The notes beneath the pieces are model-generated. The model ran no database searches, had not been told where the DNA came from, and saw only the letters and a list, made by a program, of their open reading frames with translations. A DNA stretch of 63,681 nucleotides, filler included, from Sphingomonadaceae bacterium (GTDB lineage Bacteria; Chloroflexota; UBA6077), in the NCBI GenBank assembly GCA_050261575.1. It is 3 parts of 3 records of this genome, joined end to end, with 100 filler letters (N's around TTAATTAATTAA, not from the genome) between each part and the next. Parts side by side here need not be neighbours in the genome. Positions count along the whole stretch, not along the records: positions 1 to 27,825 come from JBLNDL010000071.1; 2 more parts are not named here. One strand, given 5' to 3'. Position 1 is the first letter of the stretch. Each line of letters begins with the position of its first letter. The position numbers and the translations under genes were made by a program. Positions 8,871-18,374 of the stretch are shown here, piece after piece.

Positions 8871-9809
8871 CTACCCTATCTTCTCCTGGGCTATGGGTGC
8901 CGGCTTCAGCTCCGTCCGCTTGCCGGCCTTGACCATGCAGCTATCCAGCTTATGGGGCACTACCTCCTGGACCCGCTTCGCCACGGCGATGAGGGCATCC
9001 AGGTCTATCCCCGTTTCGATCCCCATCTCGGTGAGCATGTTCACGAGGTCCTCAGTGGCCACGTTTCCCGTCGCCCCCGGGGCATAGGGGCAGCCGCCCA
9101 AGCCCCCGACAGACCCATCGAACCGGGTCACGCCGGCCTGCATGGCCGCCACCACGTTGGCAAGAGCCATATCCCGCGTGTTGTGCAGGTGCAGGGTGAA
9201 GGTCACGTCCGGGAACCGATCCAGCAGGTAGGCGCAGGTGTCGTAGGTCTGGCGGGGATTGGCGACACCGATGGTGTCTCCCAGGCTCATCCGGACGATT
9301 CCCATCTCCCGATAGCGGGTCATGATCCGCTCCAGCCGCGCGATCGGAACATCCCCCTCGAAGGGACAGCCGAAGACGCAGGCCATCCCTGCTTCCACCT
9401 CGATCCCCGCATCCAGGGCCACGGGGACCATTTGCTCGAACTCGCGGAACGAATCGTCGATGGATCGATTGGCATTCGAGCGGTTGTGGGACTCAGTGAC
9501 GGACATCATCAGGTGCAGCCCGTCGGGCCGCAGGGCGATGGCTCGCTGGAGACCCTTCATGTTGGGAACCAGCACCTGGTACTTGACCCCCGGCACCCGC
9601 TCGATCTTCGACATCACCGCCTCGGCATCTGCCAACTGGGGCACGGCCCTGGGATGGACGAAGGAGGTCGCCTGGATCTCCGGGATGCCGGTCCGTGAGA
9701 GGGCGTTCACGATCTCGATCTTGGTCTCGGTGGGGATCCAATCGTGCTCGGCCTGGAAGCCGTCACGCGGCCCCACCTCCATAATGTGGACCCGCTTGGG
9801 TAGCTGCAT
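8871..9809 (-). CDS. Hydroxymethylglutaryl-CoA lyase family protein
   Basis: EVGPRDGFQ, LHLHNT, GLGGCPYAPGATGNVATED. ATG 9809 with GGAGGAG RBS. Confidence 0.92.
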   Translation of the reverse strand: MQLPKRVHIMEVGPRDGFQAEHDWIPTETKIEIVNALSRTGIPEIQATSFVHPRAVPQLADAEAVMSKIERVPGVKYQVLVPNMKGLQRAIALRPDGLHLMMSVTESHNRSNANRSIDDSFREFEQMVPVALDAGIEVEAGMACVFGCPFEGDVPIARLERIMTRYREMGIVRMSLGDTIGVANPRQTYDTCAYLLDRFPDVTFTLHLHNTRDMALANVVAAMQAGVTRFDGSVGGLGGCPYAPGATGNVATEDLVNMLTEMGIETGIDLDALIAVAKRVQEVVPHKLDSCMVKAGKRTELKPAPIAQEKIG

Positions 9810-9826
9810 AGCTCGCTCCTCCCATA

Positions 9827-9856
9827 AGTCCTGGGTGCTGAGTGCCGAGTACTGAG
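9827..9856. repeat. Heptamer tandem repeat (AGTCCTG/GGTGCTG/AGTGCCG/AGTACTG)
   Basis: Four degenerate 7-bp units. Related units at 22636-22656 and 23749-23769. Confidence 0.6.
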
Positions 9857-9886
9857 CCCTCAGCCCTTGCCTCTCCGCGTCCCTGG

Positions 9887-9953
9887 GCAGGTTTCTCCAG
9901 TTCACGTCGACTTTCTCTACCGGGAGACGTGCACTCTATCTGGAGATACCTGC
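9887..9953. mobile_element. MITE-like 67-bp palindromic repeat, copy 1
   Basis: GCAGGTTTCTCCAG...CTGGAGATACCTGC terminal inverted repeats. Abuts the TAG stop of the CoA-transferase gene (9954-9956). Confidence 0.75.
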
Positions 9954-11186
9954 CTAGATCACTCCGTCTGCCTGGAGAGCCTCCACCTCCTCGGTGCTGA
10001 GGCCCAACTCGTCCTGGTAGATCTCCCAATTGTGTGAGCCTATGGCCACAGGCCCGGGGAAGCGGACCGCCCCCGGGGTCGCCGAGAACTTCGGGACGAT
10101 CCCCGGCATCGTCACCTTCCCCAGCACCGGATGGTCTATCCGGATCAGATCCTCCCGCTCCCAGTAGTGGGGGTCCTCGAAGATATCGGCCATGCTCGGG
10201 ATCGGGCTCACGGGCACCCCGTTCTCGTCCAGCAGCCTGGTGACCTCGTCGAAACGCTGCCGCGAAAACCACTCCTGGACCAGGGCCAGGATCTCCTCCC
10301 TGTGCTCCACCCGATGGGGGTTGGTGTCGAAGCGGGGATCGCTCAGGAGGTCCGGCCTGCCCATCACCTCTGCCAGACGGGCAAACGTGCGATCGGTGCT
10401 GGTGACCAGAATCACCCACTTGCCATCCTGGCACTGGAAGGCGCCGGCCGGAGCCGACTCCTGGAGGGCGTGTCCCGCCCTCTCCCTGGCCTTGCCGGTG
10501 AGGTCGTACTGGGAGATGGCCGTCTCGAGCAGCCGGAAGACGGACTCGTACAGGGCGATGTCCACCTGCTGCCCCTTCGCTCCCTCGCGGACCTTCAGGT
10601 GATACAGGGCCATGGCGGCGGCCATGGCGCCGAATAAGCCGGTCACGTAGTCCGCCAGCGGGAAAGGCGGGCTGACAGGGGGCCTATCGGGGTAGCCCTG
10701 CATGTAGGTGAGGCCGCCGAAGGCGGTGGCAGGCGTGCCGAACCCGGCCTTTCGGGAGTAAGGGCCCGTCTGCCCGTATCCCGAGATGCGGATCATGATG
10801 ATCCTGGGGTTGACCTGCTTGAGCACGTCGTAGCCCAGCCCCCAGCCCTCCAGGGTGCCGGGCCGGAAGTTCTCTATCACGAGGTCCGCCCCGGCGACCA
10901 GCCTCTTCAGCAGCTCTTTGCCCTTCTCCTTGCGGATATCCAGGCTGATGCAGCGCTTGTTTCGGCTGAGGATGGTCCACGGACCGGGCACCCCCTTCAC
11001 CACGGGGGCCATCCCTCTGACTCCGTCGCCGACGCGAGGAAGCTCGATCTTGATCACGTCGGCCCCGAAATCGGCCAGAAGGCTGGCGGCAAATGGGGCC
11101 GCGAACACGGTTCCCAGGTCGATGACGCGCACCCCAACCAGCGGGCCCTGCGGCGCAAGACCACTCCTCGGTTCCGCCTCCGACAT
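9954..11186 (-). CDS. Family III CoA-transferase (CaiB/BaiF)
   Basis: GPL.GVRVIDL, LADFGADVIKIE, RNKR.I.LD, IENFRPG, ISGYGQTGP. ATG 11186 with GAGGAGGAG RBS. Confidence 0.93.
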   Translation of the reverse strand: MSEAEPRSGLAPQGPLVGVRVIDLGTVFAAPFAASLLADFGADVIKIELPRVGDGVRGMAPVVKGVPGPWTILSRNKRCISLDIRKEKGKELLKRLVAGADLVIENFRPGTLEGWGLGYDVLKQVNPRIIMIRISGYGQTGPYSRKAGFGTPATAFGGLTYMQGYPDRPPVSPPFPLADYVTGLFGAMAAAMALYHLKVREGAKGQQVDIALYESVFRLLETAISQYDLTGKARERAGHALQESAPAGAFQCQDGKWVILVTSTDRTFARLAEVMGRPDLLSDPRFDTNPHRVEHREEILALVQEWFSRQRFDEVTRLLDENGVPVSPIPSMADIFEDPHYWEREDLIRIDHPVLGKVTMPGIVPKFSATPGAVRFPGPVAIGSHNWEIYQDELGLSTEEVEALQADGVI

Positions 11187-11204
11187 AGTCGACTCCTCCT
11201 CGAA

Positions 11205-11271
11205 GCAGGTAAATCGAGATCGAGTACACGTCTCCCGCAAGAGAAAGTCGACGTGAACTAGAGATACCAGC
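11205..11271. mobile_element. MITE-like 67-bp repeat, copy 2 (inverted relative to copy 1)
   Basis: GCAGGTAAATCGAG...CACGTCTCCCG..AGAGAAAGTCGACGTGAACTAGAGATACCAGC. Abuts the TGA stop of the FAH gene (11272-11274). Confidence 0.75.
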
Positions 11272-12225
11272 TCAGTAACCCACCACCGGATTCTCCAGCA
11301 CGCCGATCCCCTGGATCTCGACCATCACGTGGTCGCCATCCTTGAGGTAGACCGGTGGCTTTCTGCTCATTCCCACCCCAGCGGGCGTCCCCGTCGCGAT
11401 CACGTCGCCGGGCTCGAGGGTGATGGCCTGGGAGAGGAAGGAGATCAACCGAGGTATGTTGAACACCAGGTTGCTGGTGTTGGAGTCCTGCATGGTCTCA
11501 CCGTTCAGCCGCAGGGAGATGGCGAGGTTGTGCGGATCGGCCACCTCGTCCCTCGTGACCAGCGCGGGGCCCATGGGAGCGAAGGTGTCGAAGGACTTGC
11601 CCCTGACCCACTGGCCATCCCCGAGCTGAACGTCCCTGGCACTCACGTCGTTCATCACGGTGTAGCCCGCCACGTACTCCATGGCGTCCTCCTCGGAAAC
11701 CCCCTTGGCCTCCTTCCCGATCACCACCGCCAACTCCGCCTCGTAGTCCACCTGGTCGCTGATCTCGGGCAGAACGATGGGAGCACCCGGAGCGACGACA
11801 CAGCTCGGGAATTTGGAGAAGAGGACGGGCCGCTCGGGGAGAGCCATATCGACCTCCGCGGCGTGGTCCCGGTAGTTCAGCCCTATGCACAACAGCTTGC
11901 CTGGCCGAGGCACCGGCGCCAGCAGCGCAACCTCCTTCACCGGACTCAGCAGCCTCTCCCCTCGTATCCCCACGGGAAAGTAGCCCATGGAGAACTGGGT
12001 CTCTACGTGCTGAATTGCCCGCTGGGCAGCTACAGTAGCCCGTTCGCCCGCAGCCAGAAAGCGCAGCATGTCGCTGGGTAGTTGCGCTTCAGCGAGGGCA
12101 AACGGCAAGGGTATCCCCTGGGAGTGGAGATACGCCGCATACGCTCTGGTCAGGTGAACCACCTGATCTCCGATCGAAGCCCCCACCGCATCCGCGCCAT
12201 CGTGCCGAAAGCTGACCAATCTCAT
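11272..12225 (-). CDS. Fumarylacetoacetate hydrolase family protein
   Basis: CIGLNYRDH, DYEAEL, NDVSARD, GKSFDTF, PGDVIATGTP.GVG. Confidence 0.93.
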   Translation of the reverse strand: MRLVSFRHDGADAVGASIGDQVVHLTRAYAAYLHSQGIPLPFALAEAQLPSDMLRFLAAGERATVAAQRAIQHVETQFSMGYFPVGIRGERLLSPVKEVALLAPVPRPGKLLCIGLNYRDHAAEVDMALPERPVLFSKFPSCVVAPGAPIVLPEISDQVDYEAELAVVIGKEAKGVSEEDAMEYVAGYTVMNDVSARDVQLGDGQWVRGKSFDTFAPMGPALVTRDEVADPHNLAISLRLNGETMQDSNTSNLVFNIPRLISFLSQAITLEPGDVIATGTPAGVGMSRKPPVYLKDGDHVMVEIQGIGVLENPVVGY

Positions 12226-12374
12226 GGGACTGCACCCGCCTCCTTGCTTGCCCAGCTAAGGGTGTGTATGTATCGCCACCGGAATCCAACGTGAAGTTGG
12301 GTAGGGGCTATGGTAGCGCCTGGTGCGGCGAGTGTCGAGGGCTTGGGGCCCTAACGCCCTGGAGCTTCAACCAC

Positions 12375-12404
12375 TTGACAGCCGCGCGGTCGGGCTGGTA
12401 TCGT
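12375..12404 (+). promoter_or_regulatory. Sigma70-type promoter for the LysM-3D gene
   Basis: TTGACA-18 nt-TATCGT with extended TG. Confidence 0.55.
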
Positions 12405-12664
12405 TCGAACCCTCTAGACGCACTTTCCTGGGAGGTCCGCCTACTGTCCACTGGAACCCGTAGTTGAGCGCTCCGCCAGCCGCCCTTGCGTGAACCGAGG
12501 CTGCTCCGGAGGCGCACCACACGAACAGACAGGAGACAGAGACGATTATTACTACAAGACAACTGTCAGACAACCGGATCGCCGACCGTCCGGCACGGCT
12601 CCCCTCACAAGCAGGTCGGTTCATCGAATGCCCTCTCGCTCGGCTTTGGCTGCGACTAGCGGCT

Positions 12665-13633
12665 GTGATGTGCGCCCTGGCTGCAGCAAGCCTGCTGACC
12701 GCGGCGGTACCCGCCGCAGCCCTGGAACTCTCATCAGACTCCGAACCGCCCGCTGGCCCTTCCACTATCCTTTCCTACACAGTGGAGCCGGGTGACACCC
12801 TCTTCGGACTGGCTCAGCGGTTCCGGATCTCCCCCGACACAATTCGATGGGCGAATGGAATGGGCGAAGGCGACCTTCTCAGGATCGGACAGAAGCTCAC
12901 GATTCTGCCCGTGTCAGGCGTCCTCCACAGGCTCAAGGCAGGCGAATCGGTGCACAGCATCGCCGCGGACTACGGCGCGGACCCTGCCAGGATCGTGGAG
13001 ATCAACCAGATATCCGACCCGGCCCTTGTGCGGGTGGGAGACCTCCTGATAGTGCCCGACGCGGTGGTGCAGTCGCCTCCCGCGGGGGCAGCGCCGAGCG
13101 GCGCCGAGGCTGCCGTGGAGTACGTCGTGCAGCCGGGAGACACCCTCTCCTCCATCGCCACCACCTTCGGGGTGCGGATCTCGGCCATTCGGAGCGCCAA
13201 CGGTCTGGAGGACAGCGACCTGCTGAGGATCGGGCAAGTGCTTTCGATCCCTGGAGGCAGCCCGCCGCAGGAGGCTGCCCCCGCCGCGCAGCCCGAGCCG
13301 AGCGCAGAGCCGCAGCAGCCCTCCAGAGAGGAGCGCGAGGCGAGCAGCCGAGGGGACAAGGGAGAGGGCAACAGCTTCATCGCAACGGTGACCGCCTACA
13401 CCATCCATGGAAGAACGGCCACGGGCACCAGCACCCGGTGGGGCGTGGTGGCCGTCGATCCTCGGGTCGTGCCCCTGGGATCGAAGCTCCGGATAGACGG
13501 CTTCGAGGAGACCTTCGTCGCCGAGGATACGGGAGGCGGCATCCGGGGCAACTGGATCGACATCTGGTTCCCGAACGTCGGCGAAGCTTTGCGCTTCGGC
13601 TTCCAGTCACGGCGGGTCACCATCGTGGAGTAG
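12665..13633 (+). CDS. LysM x3 plus 3D-domain cell-wall protein (lytic transglycosylase-like); true start probably upstream
   Basis: Three LysM repeats (YTVEPGDTL, HRLKAGESV, YVVQPGDTL) and a 3D domain (VAVDPRVVPLG, AEDTGG, WIDIW). Confidence 0.9.
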   Translation: MMCALAAASLLTAAVPAAALELSSDSEPPAGPSTILSYTVEPGDTLFGLAQRFRISPDTIRWANGMGEGDLLRIGQKLTILPVSGVLHRLKAGESVHSIAADYGADPARIVEINQISDPALVRVGDLLIVPDAVVQSPPAGAAPSGAEAAVEYVVQPGDTLSSIATTFGVRISAIRSANGLEDSDLLRIGQVLSIPGGSPPQEAAPAAQPEPSAEPQQPSREEREASSRGDKGEGNSFIATVTAYTIHGRTATGTSTRWGVVAVDPRVVPLGSKLRIDGFEETFVAEDTGGGIRGNWIDIWFPNVGEALRFGFQSRRVTIVE

Positions 13634-13660
13634 TCGGGCGAGAGCTCATCGTGGCATCGT

Positions 13661-13700
13661 GGGGGCGAAGCACCGGATCGCGGTTGGGTGCTTCGCCCCC
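13661..13700. terminator. 14-bp perfect stem hairpin downstream of the LysM gene (REP-like)
   Basis: GGGGGCGAAGCACC...GGTGCTTCGCCCCC. Confidence 0.6.
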
Positions 13701-13778
13701 CGTCGCGTGACGGAGTGCCTACACCGTCCGAGCAGCACGACGGTCGCGTGCGGAGGCGCGATGCGAGGGAGATAGTCG

Positions 13779-14156
13779 GTGGGCACAAACGGTTACGGGG
13801 AACCCTACTCCAGCGAATCCAGGTTGATCGCCGCCCTCTGCTACGTGTTCATCCTCATCGTGCCCGCGCTCGTGCTGGCGAGCGATCTGCGCGGGCAGCG
13901 CTTCCTCCGATACCACGCCTACCAGGGGCTGGGAACGGGCCTCGTGCTGCTGGTCCTCTACTTTCTGCTGCTACCCGTGGCTACCTGGATCCTGCTGCAC
14001 GTGCCGTGCGTCGGGTGGTCCTTCGCCTGCCTGGCGCCATTCATCTACCTGGCGGGGCTGGGGCTTCAGATGTACTGGGCCTACCTGGCCTACCAGGGCC
14101 ACATCTTCTCCATCCCCATCCTGGGCAACCTGGCGACCTCGCATCTCGGGGACTGA
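13779..14156 (+). CDS. DUF4870/Tic20-like small membrane protein
   Basis: AALCY, FLRYHAYQ, AYQG..F.IPILG pattern; hydrophobic. Confidence 0.75.
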   Translation: MGTNGYGEPYSSESRLIAALCYVFILIVPALVLASDLRGQRFLRYHAYQGLGTGLVLLVLYFLLLPVATWILLHVPCVGWSFACLAPFIYLAGLGLQMYWAYLAYQGHIFSIPILGNLATSHLGD

Positions 14157-14222
14157 GCAGGTATCCCTGGATAGAGTACCCGTTTCCCGACGGGAAGGTA
14201 GACAACAATCAAGGATACCTGC
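14157..14222. mobile_element. MITE-like repeat, copy 3
   Basis: GCAGGTATCCCTGG...TCAAGGATACCTGC, starting immediately after the TGA stop at 14156. Confidence 0.7.
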
Positions 14223-14229
14223 TTAACGC

Positions 14230-14259
14230 TCGACGCCCGGGGCATTGACTGCTTATAAT
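14230..14259 (+). promoter_or_regulatory. Sigma70-type promoter for hom-thrC
   Basis: TCGACG-18 nt-TATAAT. Confidence 0.5.
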
Positions 14260-14289
14260 GCCCAGGATTCACCTTCCAGGAGAGACCCC

Positions 14290-15576
14290 ATGAAGCAGGA
14301 TGTGAACGTAGGTCTCCTCGGCCTCGGCGTGGTGGGCTCCGCTGTCGCGCGGGCCCTCTTAGATAAATCGGACATGATCTCGACCCGAGTCGGCTGTCCC
14401 GTGCGGTTGAGGCGGGCGCTGGTCCGCCAGGAGGGCAAGGAGCGGCCGATCCCCTCCGAGCTGGTCACGCTCGACCCATCGGCAGTGCTGGACGACCCGG
14501 AGATCGACATCGTCGTCGAGCTGATGGGCGGTGAGAACCCCGCCCACGACTACCTACTACGCGCCCTCAGGCAGAGGAAGCAGGTGGTCACCGCCAACAA
14601 GGAAGTGATGGCCAAGCACGGACCGGAGATCATGAGCGCCGCGGCCGAGGCCGGCAGCGACGTCGCCTTCGAGGCCAGCGTCGGCGGGGGCATCCCCGTG
14701 GTGGGCCCCTTCCGCCTCAACCTGCTCGCCAACAACCTCCAGCAGATCACGGCCATCATCAACGGGACCACCAACTACATCCTCTCCCGCATGGACCGCG
14801 AGGGCATCGACTTCCAGGTGGCACTGACGGAGGCACAGAAGCTGGGCTACGCCGAGCCCGACCCACGGAACGACGTGGAGGGGATCGACGCTGCCTACAA
14901 GCTGGCCATCCTGGCCACCCTCGGCTTCCACGCCCGGGTGCGTCCGGAGGACGTCTTCACCGAGGGGATCACCAGGCTCACCGCAAGAGACTTCCGCTAC
15001 GCCAGGGAGCTGGGCTACACCATCAAGCTGCTCGCCATAGCCAAGCAGGTCGACGGGCAGATCGAAGCCAGGGTCCACCCCACCTTCGTGCCCCTGGGCT
15101 TCACCCTGGCTAGCGTCGATGGGGTGTTTAACGCCGTCCACGTGGTGGGCGACCTGGTGGGTCCGGTGATGTTCTACGGCAGGGGGGCGGGACCAGGCCC
15201 CACCTCCAGCGCCGTCGTCGCCGACGTGATCGACCTGGCCCAGCGGCTCCGCACCGGCATGGTGATGCGGCCGGTGGCCCCCCTGGACCCGAGAAAGCAG
15301 GTGAAGCCGGTGGACGCCACCGAGAGCAGGTACTACCTGCGGCTCCAGGTGACCAACCGGCCGGGCGTCTTCGCCCAGATCGCCCGGGTGATGGGCGAAG
15401 CCGAGATCAGCCTCGCCTCGGTGATCCAGAAGGAGGAGGGTGACACCGGAAAGCAGGCCGAGGTGGTTCTCACCACCTACCGGGCCCGGGAGGCGGCCAT
15501 GCGACGGGCCGTCCAGGCGCTGGCCGACCTGGCGGTCGTCCACGAGGTATCGAGCGTCGTCCGGATTGAGGACTGA
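14290..15576 (+). CDS. hom: Homoserine dehydrogenase with C-terminal ACT domain
   Basis: GLGVVG, VVTANK, FEASVGGGIP, NGTTNYIL, GYAEPDP..DVEG.DAA.K, ACT domain. Confidence 0.96.
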   Translation: MKQDVNVGLLGLGVVGSAVARALLDKSDMISTRVGCPVRLRRALVRQEGKERPIPSELVTLDPSAVLDDPEIDIVVELMGGENPAHDYLLRALRQRKQVVTANKEVMAKHGPEIMSAAAEAGSDVAFEASVGGGIPVVGPFRLNLLANNLQQITAIINGTTNYILSRMDREGIDFQVALTEAQKLGYAEPDPRNDVEGIDAAYKLAILATLGFHARVRPEDVFTEGITRLTARDFRYARELGYTIKLLAIAKQVDGQIEARVHPTFVPLGFTLASVDGVFNAVHVVGDLVGPVMFYGRGAGPGPTSSAVVADVIDLAQRLRTGMVMRPVAPLDPRKQVKPVDATESRYYLRLQVTNRPGVFAQIARVMGEAEISLASVIQKEEGDTGKQAEVVLTTYRAREAAMRRAVQALADLAVVHEVSSVVRIED

Positions 15577-15641
15577 GCAGGTTCCTTAAACGCGGTCCAC
15601 GTCTTACGCCAGACAGGTTCACGTGAACTAGAGATACCTGC
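15577..15641. mobile_element. MITE-like repeat, copy 4
   Basis: GCAGGTTCC...ACGTGAACTAGAGATACCTGC, starting immediately after the hom TGA stop at 15576. Confidence 0.72.
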
Positions 15642-15741
15642 TTAGTCAATGTCGACTTAGGGCGAGCACAGCCTAGCGTGCCGGCTCGTGTCACGTGTGC
15701 CCTACACAGCAAGACCGTCGAACTCACCAGGAGTTGTTGCC

Positions 15742-16827
15742 ATGGACACCAAGCGACTCACATCGGCCCCGCCCCACATCGGCGTGCTGTTCCGCTACGG
15801 GGAGCTTCTGCCCGTCACCGAGCAGACCCCCCTACTGACCCTGGGTGAGGGCGACACCCCCCTGGTCCGATCCCCCAAGCTGGAGGATCTGCTGGGCTGC
15901 AAGGAGCTCTACCTGAAGCTGGAGGGGTGCAACCCCACGGGCTCCTTCAAGGATCGTGGGATGGTGGTCGCCATAGCCAAGGCGATGGAGGCCGGAAGCA
16001 GGGCGGTGATCTGCGCCTCCACCGGGAACACGTCGGCTTCCGCGGCCGCCTACGCCGCCAGGGCAGGGCTGGAGGCCATCGTCTTGGTGCCGGACGGGTA
16101 CGTGGCGCTGGGCAAGCTCTCCCAGGCGATCGTCTATGGGGCCAGGGTGGTGATGGTGGATGGCAACTTCGACGACGCCCTCCGGCTGGTCCGCGAGCTG
16201 TCGGAACACCACCCCGTTACCCTGGTGAACTCGGTCAACCCCTACCGGCTCCAGGGGCAGAAGACCGCAGCCTTCGAGGTGTGCGACTCCCTGGGCGATG
16301 CCCCCGACATCCTGGCGCTGCCCGTGGGCAACGCCGGCAACATCAGCGCCTACTGGATGGGGTTCAAGGAGTACCACCAGAGGGGCAAGAGCAGCAAGCT
16401 GCCAAAGATGGTGGGCTTCGAGGCGGAGGGGGCGGCGCCCATCGTGCGTGGCGAGGTGGTGGCCAAGCCCGAGACCATCGCCACCGCCATCCGGATCGGC
16501 AACCCCGCCAGTTGGAAGCTGGCCGAGGCGGCCAGAGACGAGTCGGGTGGGCTGATCGATTGCGTATCGGACCAGGAGATCCTGGATGCCTACCGGTTGC
16601 TGAGCGGCAAGGAGGGCATCTTCGTGGAGCCCGCCTCCGCCGCCTCCGTGGCAGGGCTGCGCAAGATGGTCTCCGAGGGCAGACTGGACCTGCGGGACGC
16701 CAGGGTGGTGTGCGTCCTCACCGGCAACGGTCTGAAGGACCCAGACACGGCCGTGAAGCAGGCGGCCGACGTGCTCCGCGTCCCACCCACCGTCGAGGGG
16801 GTGGAGGAGGCGTTGGGCTGGAACTGA
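15742..16827 (+). CDS. thrC: Threonine synthase
   Basis: [56 protein letters not shown]. Confidence 0.96.
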   Translation: MDTKRLTSAPPHIGVLFRYGELLPVTEQTPLLTLGEGDTPLVRSPKLEDLLGCKELYLKLEGCNPTGSFKDRGMVVAIAKAMEAGSRAVICASTGNTSASAAAYAARAGLEAIVLVPDGYVALGKLSQAIVYGARVVMVDGNFDDALRLVRELSEHHPVTLVNSVNPYRLQGQKTAAFEVCDSLGDAPDILALPVGNAGNISAYWMGFKEYHQRGKSSKLPKMVGFEAEGAAPIVRGEVVAKPETIATAIRIGNPASWKLAEAARDESGGLIDCVSDQEILDAYRLLSGKEGIFVEPASAASVAGLRKMVSEGRLDLRDARVVCVLTGNGLKDPDTAVKQAADVLRVPPTVEGVEEALGWN

Positions 16828-16835
16828 GGACGGAT

Positions 16836-17822
16836 CTAGGCCCAGTCCGACCTCACCCTGGCCCGTCCGCGGAGGTACTTCTCCGCTGCCATCGCCGCGA
16901 TGGCCCCGTCGGCGGCCGCGACGACCGCCTGCTGGATGTAGGAGCACACCACGTCGCCCGCGGCGTACACCCCCGGGATGTTGGTGGCCCGCTCCCGGTC
17001 CACCCTGATGCACTGCTGCTCCGTGACCTCCACCGCCCCCTCCAGGAAGTCGGTGATGGGCAGGTTGCCGGGCAGGTAGATGAACACCCCGTCCACGGCC
17101 AGCCTCTCGTCCCCGTGTGGCCCGGAGAGTTTGATGGCCGTCACTCTGTCGCTCCCAATCACCTCCCTGAGCCCCTGGTTCCGGCGGAGCTCCACCTTGG
17201 GGTCGGCCTCCAGCTCCGCCAGCAGCCCTCGATCGGCATGGAACCTCTCGCCCGGCGCCACCAGGTAGACCTTCCGCGCGAAGCGGGCCACCAGGCGCGA
17301 CTCCTCCACCGCCTCTCGGCTGGACCCCACGACGGCCACCACCCCATCACGGAAGAAGGCAGCATCACAGGTGGCGCAGTAGCTAACCCCCCTCCCGAGG
17401 AACTCCTCCTCGCCAGAGATCTTGCCCTTCCGCCCCATCTTGCCCGTGGCGATGATGACGACCCTTGCCTTGAAGGGGCCGATCGAGGTCTGGACTTCCT
17501 TGGGATCGGCGGCAAGACTGACGGAGAGCACCTGGGCGGTGATGAACTCGGCGCCGAAGCTCGCCGCCTGGTCCCTCATGGTCTGCAGCAGCTCCGCGCC
17601 GGTCACTACCTTGGGCACGCCGGGGTAGTTGGCGATCTTCGAGGTGATCGCCAGCGCCCCGGCGGCCATGGACTTGTCCAGAACCACTGTTTTCAGGTCG
17701 GCTCGGGCGGCATAGAGCGCGGCTGTGGCCCCCGCCGGCCCCCCACCGATGATCAGGACATCGTAGACCTGCTCCTTGGGCCCAGCTTCGAGCCCGGCCT
17801 TCAACGACGAAAGATCGAACAA
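16836..17822 (-). CDS. Thioredoxin reductase-family flavoprotein, probably the NADPH-independent DTR/FFTR type
   Basis: GGGPAG FAD motif, GVSYCATCD, YAAGD. NADPH motifs altered (GSSREA; LVAPG in place of HRR); C-terminal tail ends in DWA. Confidence 0.85.
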   Translation of the reverse strand: MFDLSSLKAGLEAGPKEQVYDVLIIGGGPAGATAALYAARADLKTVVLDKSMAAGALAITSKIANYPGVPKVVTGAELLQTMRDQAASFGAEFITAQVLSVSLAADPKEVQTSIGPFKARVVIIATGKMGRKGKISGEEEFLGRGVSYCATCDAAFFRDGVVAVVGSSREAVEESRLVARFARKVYLVAPGERFHADRGLLAELEADPKVELRRNQGLREVIGSDRVTAIKLSGPHGDERLAVDGVFIYLPGNLPITDFLEGAVEVTEQQCIRVDRERATNIPGVYAAGDVVCSYIQQAVVAAADGAIAAMAAEKYLRGRARVRSDWA

Positions 17823-17853
17823 CCCACCACACCTCCCTCGGTTCTGCTGGGGA

Positions 17854-18249
17854 TCAACCCAGCTTCTTGATGGCTCGCTCCAGCTTGGGCCGTACCTCGG
17901 TTGCCACCGACTCCAGGGCCTCGTTCCGGATCCCGCTGAGCATCGACACGGGATCGATGGCGGACACCACCGTCGCGTCGCCGTCCCGGAACACCACGAC
18001 GTTGCAGGGGAGCAACAGCCCCACGAACGGGTCGGCCGAGAGGGCTCGGTGGGCCAGCGGGGGATTGCACGCCCCCAGGATGACGTAGCTGTCTGTATCG
18101 ATGCCCAGCTTCTCCTTCAGCGTCTGCTTCACGTCGATCTCGGTGAGGACGCCAAAACCCTCCTCCTTGAGCGCCGCTTTCGCCCTCTCCACTGCCTCTG
18201 AATATGGAATGCCCAGCCTGACGGTGATGCCGTAATCGGCAAGCCTCAT
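17854..18249 (-). CDS. DUF302 domain protein
   Basis: GFGVLTEIDV..TLKEKL, YVILGACNP..A..AL, GLLLPCNVVV. Confidence 0.9.
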   Translation of the reverse strand: MRLADYGITVRLGIPYSEAVERAKAALKEEGFGVLTEIDVKQTLKEKLGIDTDSYVILGACNPPLAHRALSADPFVGLLLPCNVVVFRDGDATVVSAIDPVSMLSGIRNEALESVATEVRPKLERAIKKLG

Positions 18250-18374
18250 TAGTCTTCCTCCCTCGCTGCTTTGGCCCTTCGTCCCCACACTGCTGCAGGA
18301 CCAGTGCCAGCCAAGCTGTAGATACCGGCGGCCGGGGTGGATAGCCCCGCGCCGGTGCCCTCGGACCCCTCGGT

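Noticed and set aside
12405..12545. c-di-AMP (ydaO) riboswitch expected before a LysM-3D gene
   Set aside because: Conserved ydaO motifs not recognisable by eye; needs an Rfam scan.
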